A stretch of 64,000 nt of DNA from Candidatus Calditenuaceae archaeon HR02 (GCA_002898395.1 BEHE01000012.1:1-64000), one strand, 5' to 3'; shown: positions 40,267-50,584, counted from the first letter of the stretch. The notes: generated by a model not told the origin, from the sequence alone. Made by a program: numbers and translations.

Positions 40267-41094
40267 TTGCTGAGAGATGTTGTAGGCGAGGCGCTGCGGG
40301 CAGCTAGAGATGCGTTGTTGGACACTATTAGCAGAGGGAGTGTCGGCGAGCCGATGGGGCGCGGAAGCTACGGTGACATCTCATATAGGGGCGATTTGGT
40401 CTGTGAGAGGGCTATTGTTGACGTGTTAAATTCTCGTCTAGGCAGTGTAGCCATAGTATCGGAGGAGATGGGTGTCGCTTGGAGAGGGACGGGAGAGCCA
40501 GAGTATTGGGCCTTGATTGACCCAGTTGATGGAAGCGCAAACATGTCTAGGGGGATCAGCTTTTACTCTTCTGGGGTGGCACTAGCCCGCGGCCCCCTTG
40601 TCAGGGATGTCCTCTCATCAGGCGTGATCGACCATTTAACGGGAGAGATCTTTATAAGAGAAGAGAGATATGTATCCCATAAGACATCTTCAGACCCTTC
40701 ACGAGCTTCTCAAGAAGATGGGGGCAGAGCCACTCTCTTCTTCCACCACGCATCGTTTAAGAGGGACCCTCAGTCACGGAAGATCTCTATCCGGATAGCA
40801 GAGCGGCTACGATTTTTCAGGGTGATGGGATCGGCTCTCCTTGAAATGTGCTATGCGTCTGTGGGGCGTGTTGACGGCTACCTTTGCCTGACGCCGGAGC
40901 TTAGGATGATGGATATTGTGCCAGCGCTATATTTCGCCATGGGCATGAGCTGTAGGAGCGCCTCTTATCCGAGACCTCTACTTGACGAGAGGCTGGATAG
41001 TAGGTCGCGCTACGGAATAATTATCGGCAGTAAGCAGGACGTATTCGAGGATATAGTATCGATGCTCGGTGATGGCTGGAGTATACTGGTATAG
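40267..41094 (+). CDS. inositol monophosphatase/FBPase family protein
   Basis: VSEE, IDPVDGSAN, GSALLEMC. Confidence 0.88.
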   Translation: MLRDVVGEALRAARDALLDTISRGSVGEPMGRGSYGDISYRGDLVCERAIVDVLNSRLGSVAIVSEEMGVAWRGTGEPEYWALIDPVDGSANMSRGISFYSSGVALARGPLVRDVLSSGVIDHLTGEIFIREERYVSHKTSSDPSRASQEDGGRATLFFHHASFKRDPQSRKISIRIAERLRFFRVMGSALLEMCYASVGRVDGYLCLTPELRMMDIVPALYFAMGMSCRSASYPRPLLDERLDSRSRYGIIIGSKQDVFEDIVSMLGDGWSILV

Positions 41095-41198
41095 CTCACT
41101 CATTTCCCACCTTTTAAAAGCTCTTCCAGAAACGCTCCCTCCACACAGCTTGGCCCTACAACATCCTTAATAGCCTAAATGCACAAGCACTCTAAAGA

Positions 41199-41978
41199 TT
41201 GAGTGACAGAGCCTATGCGGCACTCGACGAAAAGACGTGGGCTGCCATAAAGAGGCTAGGGCTCTCTGAATACGAGGTCAAGGCGTACATCGCCCTCCTC
41301 AAGCTGCGGAGCGGCTCGGCGAGCGAGGTTAGCGCTGCATCTCAAATCCCAATCTCAAAGATCTACGAGACCCTCAAATCTCTCGAGAGGAAGGGCCTTG
41401 TGAAGGTTGAGCGTGGGCGTCCGATGAGATATATACCGGAGCATCCACAGGTCGCCTCGGAGGCGATTAGGGCGTCAATTGAGAACGGTCTGAAATCAGA
41501 CCTTGAGGTCTTCGTCTCCGCTCTGACTCAAATATATGAGGGTGCGGGGCCTGAGCGACCTGACCTCTGGATACTCAGGGGGGAAGCTTCTCTCTGGAGG
41601 AGCGTAAAAGATGTTATGGGTAGAGCCAACAAGCAGCTCTCTGTTGTCTTACCGATAATACCTCCGGAGATCCAGCAACTCTTGATCTCGACCGCTTCTC
41701 TGATAAAGGAGAGGCGGGGAGTAGTGAGGGTACTGGTCGGACCTCAGGCGGTAGGGAAGGTAGTGAAGACGCTATCCTCCTTGGCCGAGGTTAGAGTAAG
41801 GGAGATCTCATTCGCGGGCGGGGTGATTAATGATGTGTCGGAGGCGGTGCTGTTACTCCTTGCAAGTGGCGAGAACCGTCCTCAAGTAGCGATTTACTCA
41901 GCCCACCTCTCCCTTACAGCTATTGCACAGCTATACTTTAACATGCTGTGGGAGCATTCAGAAGAGCTTAAGAGCTGA
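41199..41978 (+). CDS. TrmB family transcriptional regulator
   Basis: LGLSEYEVKAYIALL...IYETLKSLERKGLV. Confidence 0.9.
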   Translation: MSDRAYAALDEKTWAAIKRLGLSEYEVKAYIALLKLRSGSASEVSAASQIPISKIYETLKSLERKGLVKVERGRPMRYIPEHPQVASEAIRASIENGLKSDLEVFVSALTQIYEGAGPERPDLWILRGEASLWRSVKDVMGRANKQLSVVLPIIPPEIQQLLISTASLIKERRGVVRVLVGPQAVGKVVKTLSSLAEVRVREISFAGGVINDVSEAVLLLLASGENRPQVAIYSAHLSLTAIAQLYFNMLWEHSEELKS

Positions 41979-42696
41979 GGATGAGCTTTATGAAACGTTT
42001 AGAATCTCTCTCCATGCTCACATTGTTGAATAAAACATAGATCACATCTCCATCATACCCCCTAATCTTCCTATGGAGGGTGGCTAGGTCGTCATCAGTG
42101 TAGGAGTAGTTGTACATGGTTTTTCCAGGAGGGCTACCGTGCAGCCTAAGATATACCGTCCTATGCTTACCTAGGGTGACGGGGTCTTGGAGGAATGGGT
42201 CGGTCACGTGAACAAGTCCTGCCCTTCTACATATCTTAGCGATAGCGTCGAGCGACCAGCCCCTTGCCTCGAACCCGATGTCAAACACCCCACGCTCCAC
42301 GTTTGAGAAGAAGGTCTCCGCATTTCGTACATTCTCCGGCGTATCCCTGAATGAGCTAGGAGTTTGGATTAGGCAAAATGGGGACCTCAACTCAGCACAA
42401 ATAGTCTTCGTGATGTTCCATGATTCGTAGACCTCTTTTGTGGGCTGAAGGCCGCCGTGGTTTTTGGTTGGCCTGATGTTTGCACGCCGCCAAGTGGGGC
42501 TTGAGGGAGGATGGGTTATTCCTTGGAACGCTTTGACGGTGAAGAGGAAGTCTTCTGGGGCTTGGCTTCGCCACCTTCTAACTGTTTCAAGTTTCACAAC
42601 CCTATAAAAGGTTGCTTGGAGCTCGACAAGCTTATACTCTTTCATGTAGGCGCTCATAGATTTTGTAAATCCACAGCACCCCACGAGTATCTTCAA
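41968..42696 (-). CDS. DUF72 family protein
   Basis: GCCGF, VELQATFY, FTVKA, QTPSSF, YLRLHG, FNN. Confidence 0.9.
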   Translation of the reverse strand: MKILVGCCGFTKSMSAYMKEYKLVELQATFYRVVKLETVRRWRSQAPEDFLFTVKAFQGITHPPSSPTWRRANIRPTKNHGGLQPTKEVYESWNITKTICAELRSPFCLIQTPSSFRDTPENVRNAETFFSNVERGVFDIGFEARGWSLDAIAKICRRAGLVHVTDPFLQDPVTLGKHRTVYLRLHGSPPGKTMYNYSYTDDDLATLHRKIRGYDGDVIYVLFNNVSMERDSKRFIKLILSS

Positions 42697-42699
42697 TCC

Positions 42700-43485
42700 T
42701 CACTCCAGCCTCCTTAAGGCGTCAATCATGTCTTTCACCGACTTAGACCGGCTCAGTATTAGTGGGATTCTGGAGAGCTCCGCAAGCTCTATGGCTAGTT
42801 TATCTACTTGCTCGGGCGCGTGGGGGCCATGCAATGCGACTGCAACTGGTTTAAGAGGGTAGACTCTTACAGCCACCAATGGAGATCTCCCAGTCGAGAC
42901 GTTCGTGAAGACTAGGATCCTCATAGAGGTTAGGCCGAAGATTTGGATAAACTCGGTGGAGTCCATGTATCTTATCGCGGCGATGCTATCCACCACCGTG
43001 TATCCATAAACCTCTGGCTCACGCCCCCTACTTCTCCACAGATACTCACCCTCCATGGCATCAACTATCCTGTCAAGCGTGATTGGGGTGGAGAATTCGC
43101 GCAAATCCAGGATAGCTCTGTGACGCGAGCGGGTGGGGTCTGAGAAGTGTCTAATATTCGCTCCCCCTTTCTCAAGGTCTATAGATATCAAACTTTCGAC
43201 ATATCGGCCCACAAACTTAATACCGGGAGACCTCTTGCCTTGCTCATAGTCGCTGAGGACTGAGGGGGAGACGCCCATACGCGCTGCAACTTCACGCTGC
43301 TTTTCTCCAAATAGCTGTCTCCACTTCTTCATAGCCACTCCCGGAGACTTAGATGTCGCAATCTCGCCTGCAATCCTCACTTTCACAGCCTCTATATCCT
43401 CAGCACTAACGATTCGCTCCTGGTTACCTACTCCCCCCACGCCGAGTATATCTTGCCGACTTCCTTGAAAATAGGTTTTTAGCAT
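42700..43485 (-). CDS. XRE-HTH transcriptional regulator (COG1709-like)
   Basis: IAGEI, MKKWRQLF, PSVLSDYE, GYTVVDS, GRSPLVAVRV; start may be later. Confidence 0.85.
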   Translation of the reverse strand: MLKTYFQGSRQDILGVGGVGNQERIVSAEDIEAVKVRIAGEIATSKSPGVAMKKWRQLFGEKQREVAARMGVSPSVLSDYEQGKRSPGIKFVGRYVESLISIDLEKGGANIRHFSDPTRSRHRAILDLREFSTPITLDRIVDAMEGEYLWRSRGREPEVYGYTVVDSIAAIRYMDSTEFIQIFGLTSMRILVFTNVSTGRSPLVAVRVYPLKPVAVALHGPHAPEQVDKLAIELAELSRIPLILSRSKSVKDMIDALRRLE

Positions 43486-43508
43486 GCCACCCCTACAGAC
43501 TCTTAGAA

Positions 43509-44030
43509 TTGAAGGCGAAGAACTATCGGACGATGGAGAGGCCTTTCACTAGGGTAGACTATATCCATGGCGCGCCCCAAGCTAGGCTTGCAAAATACGA
43601 TTACGGGGCATGGCAAAGCAACTACGAGTATAGGTTAAGACTGGTAGCTAGGGAATCTGTTCAGATAAGAGACGTGGCGCTCGAGTCGGCTAGGGTGGCT
43701 GCAGGTAAGATGCTCTCCCAGAAGATAGGTACAAACTTTTACCTGATAGTAAGAGCCCATCCACACCACGTACTTAGGGAGAACAAGATGATTTTTGGGG
43801 CCCACGCCGATAGGCTCCAGGAGGGTATGAGCAGGGCTTTTGGACGGCCTGTGGGCAGGGCTGCCCAGGTAGAGGCGGGTGAGGATGTTCTTGAACTATA
43901 TGTCTATGGGAAAGATATCGAGCTAGCCAAGCAGGCAATAAAGGTAGCTGCCTCTAAGCTGCCCAAATCCTACAACATTGTATTAGAGAGGCTGGAGACG
44001 AGAATCCAGGAGCCCCAAACAGCTAGCTAG
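43509..44030 (+). CDS. rpl10e: 50S ribosomal protein L10e/L16
   Basis: ALESARV, HVLRENKM, ADRLQEGMSRAFGRP. Confidence 0.95.
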   Translation: MKAKNYRTMERPFTRVDYIHGAPQARLAKYDYGAWQSNYEYRLRLVARESVQIRDVALESARVAAGKMLSQKIGTNFYLIVRAHPHHVLRENKMIFGAHADRLQEGMSRAFGRPVGRAAQVEAGEDVLELYVYGKDIELAKQAIKVAASKLPKSYNIVLERLETRIQEPQTAS

Positions 44031-44940
44031 GCCCTCCCAATAGGGAGACTAGCAGGGCGGCAGAAGTATGCATCCTGTACTCGGCCTGTAGGAAGATTAT
44101 CGAGCGGTCCGACTCTACTACTTCGTCTTCCACCTCCTCCCCCCTCCTGATAGGCATACAGTGCATGAACTTGGCCCCTGTCTTAGCCTTCTCGAAGAGT
44201 TTCATGCTCACACGGTAGCGAGGGAGGAATTCGCGGAGCCTAGCCTCATACTCGCTCTCCATCCCCATAGAGACGAAGACATCTGTATAGATGAAGTCGG
44301 AACCTACTACCGCCGCCTCAGGGTCCTCCGTAAACTCCACCGAGCCACCCACAGAGGAGGCCACCTCCTTATACAGCCGTATCTCATCTGGTGGTAGCCA
44401 ATACTTATGAGGTGACGCTACGGTGATTTGAATCCCCAGTAAAGCACATATCTGTACTAGTGATCTACAGACATTTCCGCAGTCTCCAATGTATGAGACC
44501 TTGAACCCCCAGCCACCCGCATCCTCATACATCGTAGCCACGTCAGCCAAGGCCTGGCATGGATGGTGAAGGTTTGTGAGTGCGTTTATCACGGGCTTCT
44601 CGGAGTACTTTGCGATCACCTCCAAGGAAGAGTGGGAAGCGAGCCGCGCAACTATTGCGTCTACGTACCTGTTGAGAACCCGGGCAGTATCTTTTAACGG
44701 CTCGCCTCGGGCTAGCTGGAGCTCAGAGGCGGGGAGGTAGATTACCTCACCTCCAAGCCTTAGAACGGCGGAGCTGAACGAGACTCTAGTCCGCGTGGAG
44801 GGTTTTTCGAAGAGCAGGGCAATGACCTTACCACGCAGTGGATTGCCGATATAACCATCCCGCCTAAACCTCAGGGCTAGCTCAATGATATTTAGGAGCT
44901 CACCCCTAGAGGCGTCGAATATCTGGAGAAAGTGTTTCAA
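44023..44940 (-). CDS. argF: ornithine carbamoyltransferase
   Basis: KPSTRTR, HPCQALAD, DVFVSMG, MHCMP. Confidence 0.93.
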   Translation of the reverse strand: MKHFLQIFDASRGELLNIIELALRFRRDGYIGNPLRGKVIALLFEKPSTRTRVSFSSAVLRLGGEVIYLPASELQLARGEPLKDTARVLNRYVDAIVARLASHSSLEVIAKYSEKPVINALTNLHHPCQALADVATMYEDAGGWGFKVSYIGDCGNVCRSLVQICALLGIQITVASPHKYWLPPDEIRLYKEVASSVGGSVEFTEDPEAAVVGSDFIYTDVFVSMGMESEYEARLREFLPRYRVSMKLFEKAKTGAKFMHCMPIRRGEEVEDEVVESDRSIIFLQAEYRMHTSAALLVSLLGGPS

Positions 44941-44975
44941 ACCTACTTCTCACAGTGTCTGGCTCTTTTTAAAAT

Positions 44976-46208
44976 TTAGTTCCTGCTTGAACCCTTCAAC
45001 AGGCCCGCTACCCCTCCGAACGTCTTCAGAAACATTTCCCCAGACTCGTGTGCTGCTGAGATAAGCTCAACCTTCGTGTTCGTCTCCTCGGCCTGTCTTA
45101 TAAGCATGTCAACAAGGTTCTCCTGACGGTTCAGTTTGAAGCCCTGAACCCCACATTTTGGACATTTTTGGGACAGCTTCTCTGGTAACAAGGAGACGAG
45201 GTCTTCTTCACCGAGAGTTTCAGATACCGCGTATCCGCAGTTGGAGCAGCTATAAGTGACTTCGACGAGGTCTAGCTCCTCACTTACGAGAAGTAGCTCC
45301 AGCTGCCTCTCCCGAAGAGCCTGTCTAATAGAGTCCAGGCCGTAGATCACCGTGTTCTGCGTCGTGGCCCGTCTCATCAAATCATCGACCAGTCGCCTCT
45401 CCTTCACTAGTCTGAGGTTGGACAGGATGTCAGCTGCCCTGTCTATTGCTTCCCTTACACCCTCTTCACCAGCATACGATGTATCGATCACATGTATTTT
45501 ATCACGTAAGGCGTAGTGGAGTTTCCCCTCTTTCGCGAAAACCTCCTTGGTTGGGCCTGGTCCAGCAATGATTATAGCCTTGAGATCGGGGTAGTTTAGA
45601 AAGATCTCGTTCGCGTGTTCGGCAAGCCGCGCATAGTAGTCTTGGAGCGCCTGCTCTCTTAGCCGCTCGAACCTCCTAGCTGACTGGCCACCCGCCCTAT
45701 GTTTGCCTGGAATGCCGCTCGTATACGTTCTCAGCTCTATGATCGACTTTCCGCGTAGGACGGCTACTGCAGCATCCTCATTATCCATCGCGATTATGCC
45801 ATATGTTTCCTTCTCTTTTAGAAGGTCCTTCAGGGGATCGAGGTAAAATTTCGAGTCGCAGCGGTAGAGGAAGAAGTTAATGGGCTGGGGCGGGTGAAGG
45901 TGGTATACCTCGATCTTCTCCGTACCCTCACCATTCTGTGGTATAGCCCCACTGAATATGATGAGACCGTTGGGGCCACTGTCGTTGAAGAGCTTTAGCC
46001 TCTGGATGGCGCTCTCTATGGCGTCCATTACCGCCTTCCTAGTACCCTTAGACTTGATGTTAGAGGCGGTTGAGAGCTCCTGCCTCAGGTATCCTATAAC
46101 CTCGTCTATCCTCTTCCCAGGCGGTATGTAGAGTGTTACTAGCTCTGTTCCGCGCCCCTGCCGAGACTCTAGAAACTCTATGAAACGCCTGAACTTGTAT
46201 CTATCCAC
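44976..46208 (-). CDS. prf1: peptide chain release factor aRF1
   Basis: GTELVTLYIP, NIKS, YRCD, GGQS; start uncertain (GTG 46208 chosen; ORF track 46295). Confidence 0.95.
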   Translation of the reverse strand: MDRYKFRRFIEFLESRQGRGTELVTLYIPPGKRIDEVIGYLRQELSTASNIKSKGTRKAVMDAIESAIQRLKLFNDSGPNGLIIFSGAIPQNGEGTEKIEVYHLHPPQPINFFLYRCDSKFYLDPLKDLLKEKETYGIIAMDNEDAAVAVLRGKSIIELRTYTSGIPGKHRAGGQSARRFERLREQALQDYYARLAEHANEIFLNYPDLKAIIIAGPGPTKEVFAKEGKLHYALRDKIHVIDTSYAGEEGVREAIDRAADILSNLRLVKERRLVDDLMRRATTQNTVIYGLDSIRQALRERQLELLLVSEELDLVEVTYSCSNCGYAVSETLGEEDLVSLLPEKLSQKCPKCGVQGFKLNRQENLVDMLIRQAEETNTKVELISAAHESGEMFLKTFGGVAGLLKGSSRN

Positions 46209-46372
46209 GCTATCCCATTTCGCTATTCCATTCCCAATCCCGAATTCATCTGAGTGTAGGCTGAATTTAACTATATTTAAAACTATTTTAACCATTGGTC
46301 AACCAGAGTCAACCGGCTTTAACACTGGCGGGGGATATTTTAATTAGGCAATAGGGGTAACTCGTCTACGAT

Positions 46373-47056
46373 TTGCGACTGGTACTCAAGATTGGTGGAC
46401 ACCTCTTCTCGACCAAAAATGGCCTCTCAGTAGACTGGATAAAAAATGTAGCAGATATTTTGAGGGAGATCCATTCTGACAATGATAGGTGGGTGGTTGT
46501 GGTTGGAGGTGGCGTAGGAGCGCGGGCCTTCATAGAAGCGGCCAAAAGGTTGGGGGCTGACGAGACAAGGTGTGACGAGATTGCCACCGAGGTAACGAGG
46601 ATACACGCGTCCCTCTTTATCCAAGCATTAGGTGAGAAGGCCTACCCTCTAGTTGTCAAGAATATAGATGAGCTGAGGGCCGCACTGGTGGGTAGGGGCA
46701 TAGCAGTTGCAGGCGGATTCTGGCCTGGGCAATCCACCTTCGCAGTGGCGGCCTATTGCGCCGAGACGATAAGGGCTGAGAGACTAATCGTCGCCTCAAA
46801 TGTAGAGGGCATCTACGACAAAGACCCTAAGCTGCACAGCGATGCACGAATAATACCCCGGATAAGCTACGAGGGGCTGAGAAAAATAATGGCCGGAAGC
46901 CCACAGCTAGCGGGGGAGTACAGACTTATAGATAACGTCGGCCTATCAATCTTGGAGCGGAGCAGGATAAGAGTATCCATAATCGATGGACGGGATGTGA
47001 GAAATATACAGAGAGCAATCCTCGAAGAATATGCCGGAACGATCATTGAGGGCTGA
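46373..47056 (+). CDS. pyrH: uridylate kinase
   Basis: KIGG, VVGGG, PGQST, VEGIYDKDP. Confidence 0.93.
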   Translation: MRLVLKIGGHLFSTKNGLSVDWIKNVADILREIHSDNDRWVVVVGGGVGARAFIEAAKRLGADETRCDEIATEVTRIHASLFIQALGEKAYPLVVKNIDELRAALVGRGIAVAGGFWPGQSTFAVAAYCAETIRAERLIVASNVEGIYDKDPKLHSDARIIPRISYEGLRKIMAGSPQLAGEYRLIDNVGLSILERSRIRVSIIDGRDVRNIQRAILEEYAGTIIEG

Positions 47057-47110
47057 ACCATCATTAGTAGTTGGTGATGCTTAAAAAATGGCAGGCCGGG
47101 TGTATGTATT

Positions 47111-48148
47111 GTGAGATTCGCAGTCGCGGGTGGGGGAGTGGCTGGAAGCTACTTCGCCAACCTCATCAAGGATGTACACGATGTAGCAGTTTTTGAGCGG
47201 CAGAGAGCGGAGAATTTCAGAGCTATCTGTGCTTGGGGAACTAGTAAGCACGAAATGAGGCGCCTAGCCAGACGAATAGGTCTGAATTTCGATGAATACA
47301 TCCTCCATGAAGGAAAAGAGATGATCGTTAAGCTACCCGATGGGGACGAGTTCTCCATCAAGCTGAAGGGGCTCTGCACATTTAACAAGAAGAAGTTCAT
47401 ACTAGACATGCACAGCAGGCTGAAAGTATACTACGGCGTGGACGTAAAAAAAGTGAAGATGGCAAATTTTGACTTGATTGTTGATGCCACAGGGTTTCAC
47501 AGAGCCCTCCTACCGAGAATCGCGCGTGACTACTATATACCAACGGTAGAGTATCTTGTGAAGTATAATAACCCACCTATCGAGGACTTCTACCTGATGC
47601 CACTAACACACCTAGGCGGATACCTCTGGTATTTCCCACTCTCCAAAAACCTCGCCCACGTGGGAGTCGGAGACTACTTTAACAGGCATAGGGAGGCTCT
47701 AAACGAGTTCATTCGGAGAAATCCCGGCGAAGTGATTGAAGTGGTAGGGCGTCCGGTTAGGATTGCGCCACCCCACCTCTGCGCACCCATAGTTAGTGAT
47801 GGCGTGGTTGGGCTTGGAGAGAGTATCGGTACTGTCCACCCCGTGATTGGCGAGGGCATCATCCCGGGGATGCAGTGCGCTGAGCTGCTGGCCCAGACTA
47901 TCGATGAGGGGATTGAGCATTATCCGCTAAAGGTCCTCAAGAGCTTCTCAGTCTTTCACACCATATTTCAGTTTATCAGGAAGGTCCATAACTCTAGCTT
48001 CAACTACTTCAGAGACTTTAAGTTACTCCTGTCTCCCTACCTCTACATGAAGCTCCGGGAAGACAGGTTTGGAATGGAGATCAGGTTAAAGGACTGGCTT
48101 AAGATTGTTGAGTTGTATCGTAGTAGCCGAGTAGCCACTAAAATATGA
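47111..48148 (+). CDS. FAD-dependent oxidoreductase, geranylgeranyl reductase-related
   Basis: AGGGVAG, VDATG, GYLWYFP, GESIGTVHPVIGEGI. Confidence 0.8.
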   Translation: MRFAVAGGGVAGSYFANLIKDVHDVAVFERQRAENFRAICAWGTSKHEMRRLARRIGLNFDEYILHEGKEMIVKLPDGDEFSIKLKGLCTFNKKKFILDMHSRLKVYYGVDVKKVKMANFDLIVDATGFHRALLPRIARDYYIPTVEYLVKYNNPPIEDFYLMPLTHLGGYLWYFPLSKNLAHVGVGDYFNRHREALNEFIRRNPGEVIEVVGRPVRIAPPHLCAPIVSDGVVGLGESIGTVHPVIGEGIIPGMQCAELLAQTIDEGIEHYPLKVLKSFSVFHTIFQFIRKVHNSSFNYFRDFKLLLSPYLYMKLREDRFGMEIRLKDWLKIVELYRSSRVATKI

Positions 48149-48167
48149 GCGTGCATAAACTATTTTC

Positions 48168-49121
48168 ATGAGGTACAAGGATAAGGGTATGGGTTTCCGG
48201 GGAGAGGTCCCAGTTAAAGATTACACCTTATCAGCCAACACGACAATCAGCAACCTGATAGAGTATTTTGCAGCGTCGGGGGGATTCATGTCCAGCTATA
48301 TTGCCGAGGGCTGTAGAATACTTAGAGAGATGGTTAATGACCGGGAATGTATACGGTGGCTCTCCTTCGTAGGCTCCCTCACAGCAACTGGCTTAAGAGG
48401 CGTCTTGGCTAGCATCATAAGGCGCGGGGTCTTTAACTATGTGGTCACGACTTGTGGGGCAATTGACCACGATATTGCTAGGAGTCTAAACAACTATTAC
48501 AAAGGTGCGTTCGAGCTTGATGATGGCGAGCTCCGCAAGCATGGACTACACCGCATCGGCTCGGTCATTGTGCCTGAGGAGAACTATGGGCACGCGATTG
48601 AGCACTTTATACTGGATTTGCTGAACGAGCTTTATGACAACGGGGTAAGAGAGATTGGAACTATCGAGCTTGCTAGGGAGATAGGGAGGCGTCTTCCAGA
48701 GGGTTCAATTTTAAGGGCAGCGGCCGAAGCTAACGTGGATGTGGTAGTGCCCGGAATAATGGATGGTGCTGCTGGGACCCAGCTTTGGATATTTCACACC
48801 ACACACAGAGACTTCAAGTTGAATCTCTTCAGAGACTATGACAGACTCTCCGAAAACCTTTTCAAGGAGGTGAGAAGGGGCGGCCTGATAATAGGAGGTG
48901 GGATAAGCAAGCACCATCTTCTGTGGTTGAACCAGTTCGGGGGCGGTTTGGACTATGCAGTCTATATTACGACTGGAAATGAGTGGGATGGGAGCTTGAC
49001 AGGCGCGCCACTGAGGGAGGCTATAAGCTGGGGTAAGCTGAAAACCAACGCTAGAAAAGCCACAATCTACGGGGACGCCACCGTGATTATCCCCTTGCTA
49101 GCATCTGTTCTCCTGTCTTAG
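48168..49121 (+). CDS. dys: deoxyhypusine synthase
   Basis: GGGISKHH, WDGSLTGA, EAISWGK. Confidence 0.92.
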   Translation: MRYKDKGMGFRGEVPVKDYTLSANTTISNLIEYFAASGGFMSSYIAEGCRILREMVNDRECIRWLSFVGSLTATGLRGVLASIIRRGVFNYVVTTCGAIDHDIARSLNNYYKGAFELDDGELRKHGLHRIGSVIVPEENYGHAIEHFILDLLNELYDNGVREIGTIELAREIGRRLPEGSILRAAAEANVDVVVPGIMDGAAGTQLWIFHTTHRDFKLNLFRDYDRLSENLFKEVRRGGLIIGGGISKHHLLWLNQFGGGLDYAVYITTGNEWDGSLTGAPLREAISWGKLKTNARKATIYGDATVIIPLLASVLLS

Positions 49122-50185
49122 TCTTCCTTAAACACCCAGCTGAGGTCGGGTGGATCTCTCCTTCTGCCAACCTTCTCGTATAGGGCATGGGCTACTAGTG
49201 GGAGCCCGATAGTGGCGTCACAGAAGCATTGGACGGTCATGCTGTCGGGAGCCTCTTTTCCCCAGCTCTTTGCCTCATCTAGGGTGGCACCTGACAGGCC
49301 GCCCCAATGGGGGCTGTCTGTAGTTATTTGTGCAGCGAACCTGTGCGGCCTGTATTTGGATAAGTCACCCGAGAGTAGAACATCTACGGCCACCGCCGCC
49401 AGCTGTATAAAGTCCTTGGGAACTCCACCCCCTATAAAGATTGCAGCACTGTTTGGGAACCTTGACTTTATCTTTACAAGTAATTCATAATCGGCGAAAT
49501 GATCTATCAATAGTCTGAAGCTATCACCGTGCCGATACCTGTTAAGGAGGTAGGCTACCCCCATTCCCGAGTCTACAAGAGCGGGTGAGAAGACGGGGAC
49601 ACCGTTCCTCCAAGCCTCGGTCAGAATACTGTTAATCCCCTTTCCACCAAGCCACGCGCCGAGTCGGTTCAGAAATCCAGCCGAAGAGTATACCCTAGTA
49701 CGGTCAAGCTGAGCCATAAAGTCTGCGAGCAACCTCTCCATCTCGAAGTAGTCCTCGTCCCTTACCAATACGTCGTGGAATCTGTAGATTCCCGCCTTGA
49801 ACAACTCCCCATCGTCTAGGTTGGGCTCACCCACATAGTAGTGGGCGCCTAGCGCCTCTACCAGATCTTCAGTAATATTTGCTCCAGTCGATACAAGTAC
49901 GTCGATGAACCTATTCCTTATAAGAAATTTCACTATCTCGCTCTGCCCCGTCGTGCTCAGGGATCCCGCTAGACCTAGACATATCACTGTCTCCCTTGTG
50001 TTACAGGCGGCCTCCCAAACCTTTACAACCTCACCTAGCCGGCGTCCCTGAAATCCTGTCATAGCCATTGAATCTAGTAGTTGACTGATCTTTCTCTCAC
50101 CCACTTCAATCGGCCTCAACTCTCTAACAAGGAATCTTTTAGCAAGCTCCTCTCTGCTACTCATTACTTCAAATTTTATCCTCAC
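49118..50185 (-). CDS. second deoxyhypusine synthase-family protein (possible homospermidine synthase)
   Basis: TGFQG, STGAN, GGGVPKDF, GGLSGATLDEAKSWGK. Confidence 0.88.
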   Translation of the reverse strand: MRIKFEVMSSREELAKRFLVRELRPIEVGERKISQLLDSMAMTGFQGRRLGEVVKVWEAACNTRETVICLGLAGSLSTTGQSEIVKFLIRNRFIDVLVSTGANITEDLVEALGAHYYVGEPNLDDGELFKAGIYRFHDVLVRDEDYFEMERLLADFMAQLDRTRVYSSAGFLNRLGAWLGGKGINSILTEAWRNGVPVFSPALVDSGMGVAYLLNRYRHGDSFRLLIDHFADYELLVKIKSRFPNSAAIFIGGGVPKDFIQLAAVAVDVLLSGDLSKYRPHRFAAQITTDSPHWGGLSGATLDEAKSWGKEAPDSMTVQCFCDATIGLPLVAHALYEKVGRRRDPPDLSWVFKED

Positions 50186-50249
50186 TCTTCAAATAAATAT
50201 CTTCCTTACATGCTCGCTGTACTTGGATTGTGTGAGAATTTTCTGGCAG

Positions 50250-50341
50250 TGGGGCCGGTGGGACTCGAACCCACGTCCTCCAGCGATCAGGACCATATGG
50301 TTCCCCAGGCTGGCGTCATAGCCATGCTAGACCACGGCCCC
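50250..50341 (-). tRNA. tRNA-Pro(GGG) with 17-nt intron at 37/38 (50286-50302)
   Basis: GGGGCCGTGGTCTAG...CCAGC-CTGGGG|C-GCTGG...GGGTTCGAGTCCC...CGGCCCCA. Confidence 0.92.
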
Positions 50342-50389
50342 TTCAAACATCTCATTCAGGAGATTCCAATATTAATTTATGTGCGTTAA

Positions 50390-50584
50390 ATGGTTGACGG
50401 GAGGGGTGGGGTATTGGAGGAGGAGTGTAGACATGAGGAGCTCGAGTTTCTAGGGGGCCAGAGGACGGAGGGTGGCGAGAATCTATACTTCAGGTGTAAG
50501 AGGTGCGGGGATGTTTTAATTATTCTGCCTGGAGGTAAGAGAGGGTACATTGTTCGCGGGCTGAAGACTAGTGCTCGTCAATGA
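50390..50584 (+). CDS. small zinc-ribbon-like protein
   Basis: CRH...YFRCKRCG pattern, 64 aa. Confidence 0.55.
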   Translation: MVDGRGGVLEEECRHEELEFLGGQRTEGGENLYFRCKRCGDVLIILPGGKRGYIVRGLKTSARQ

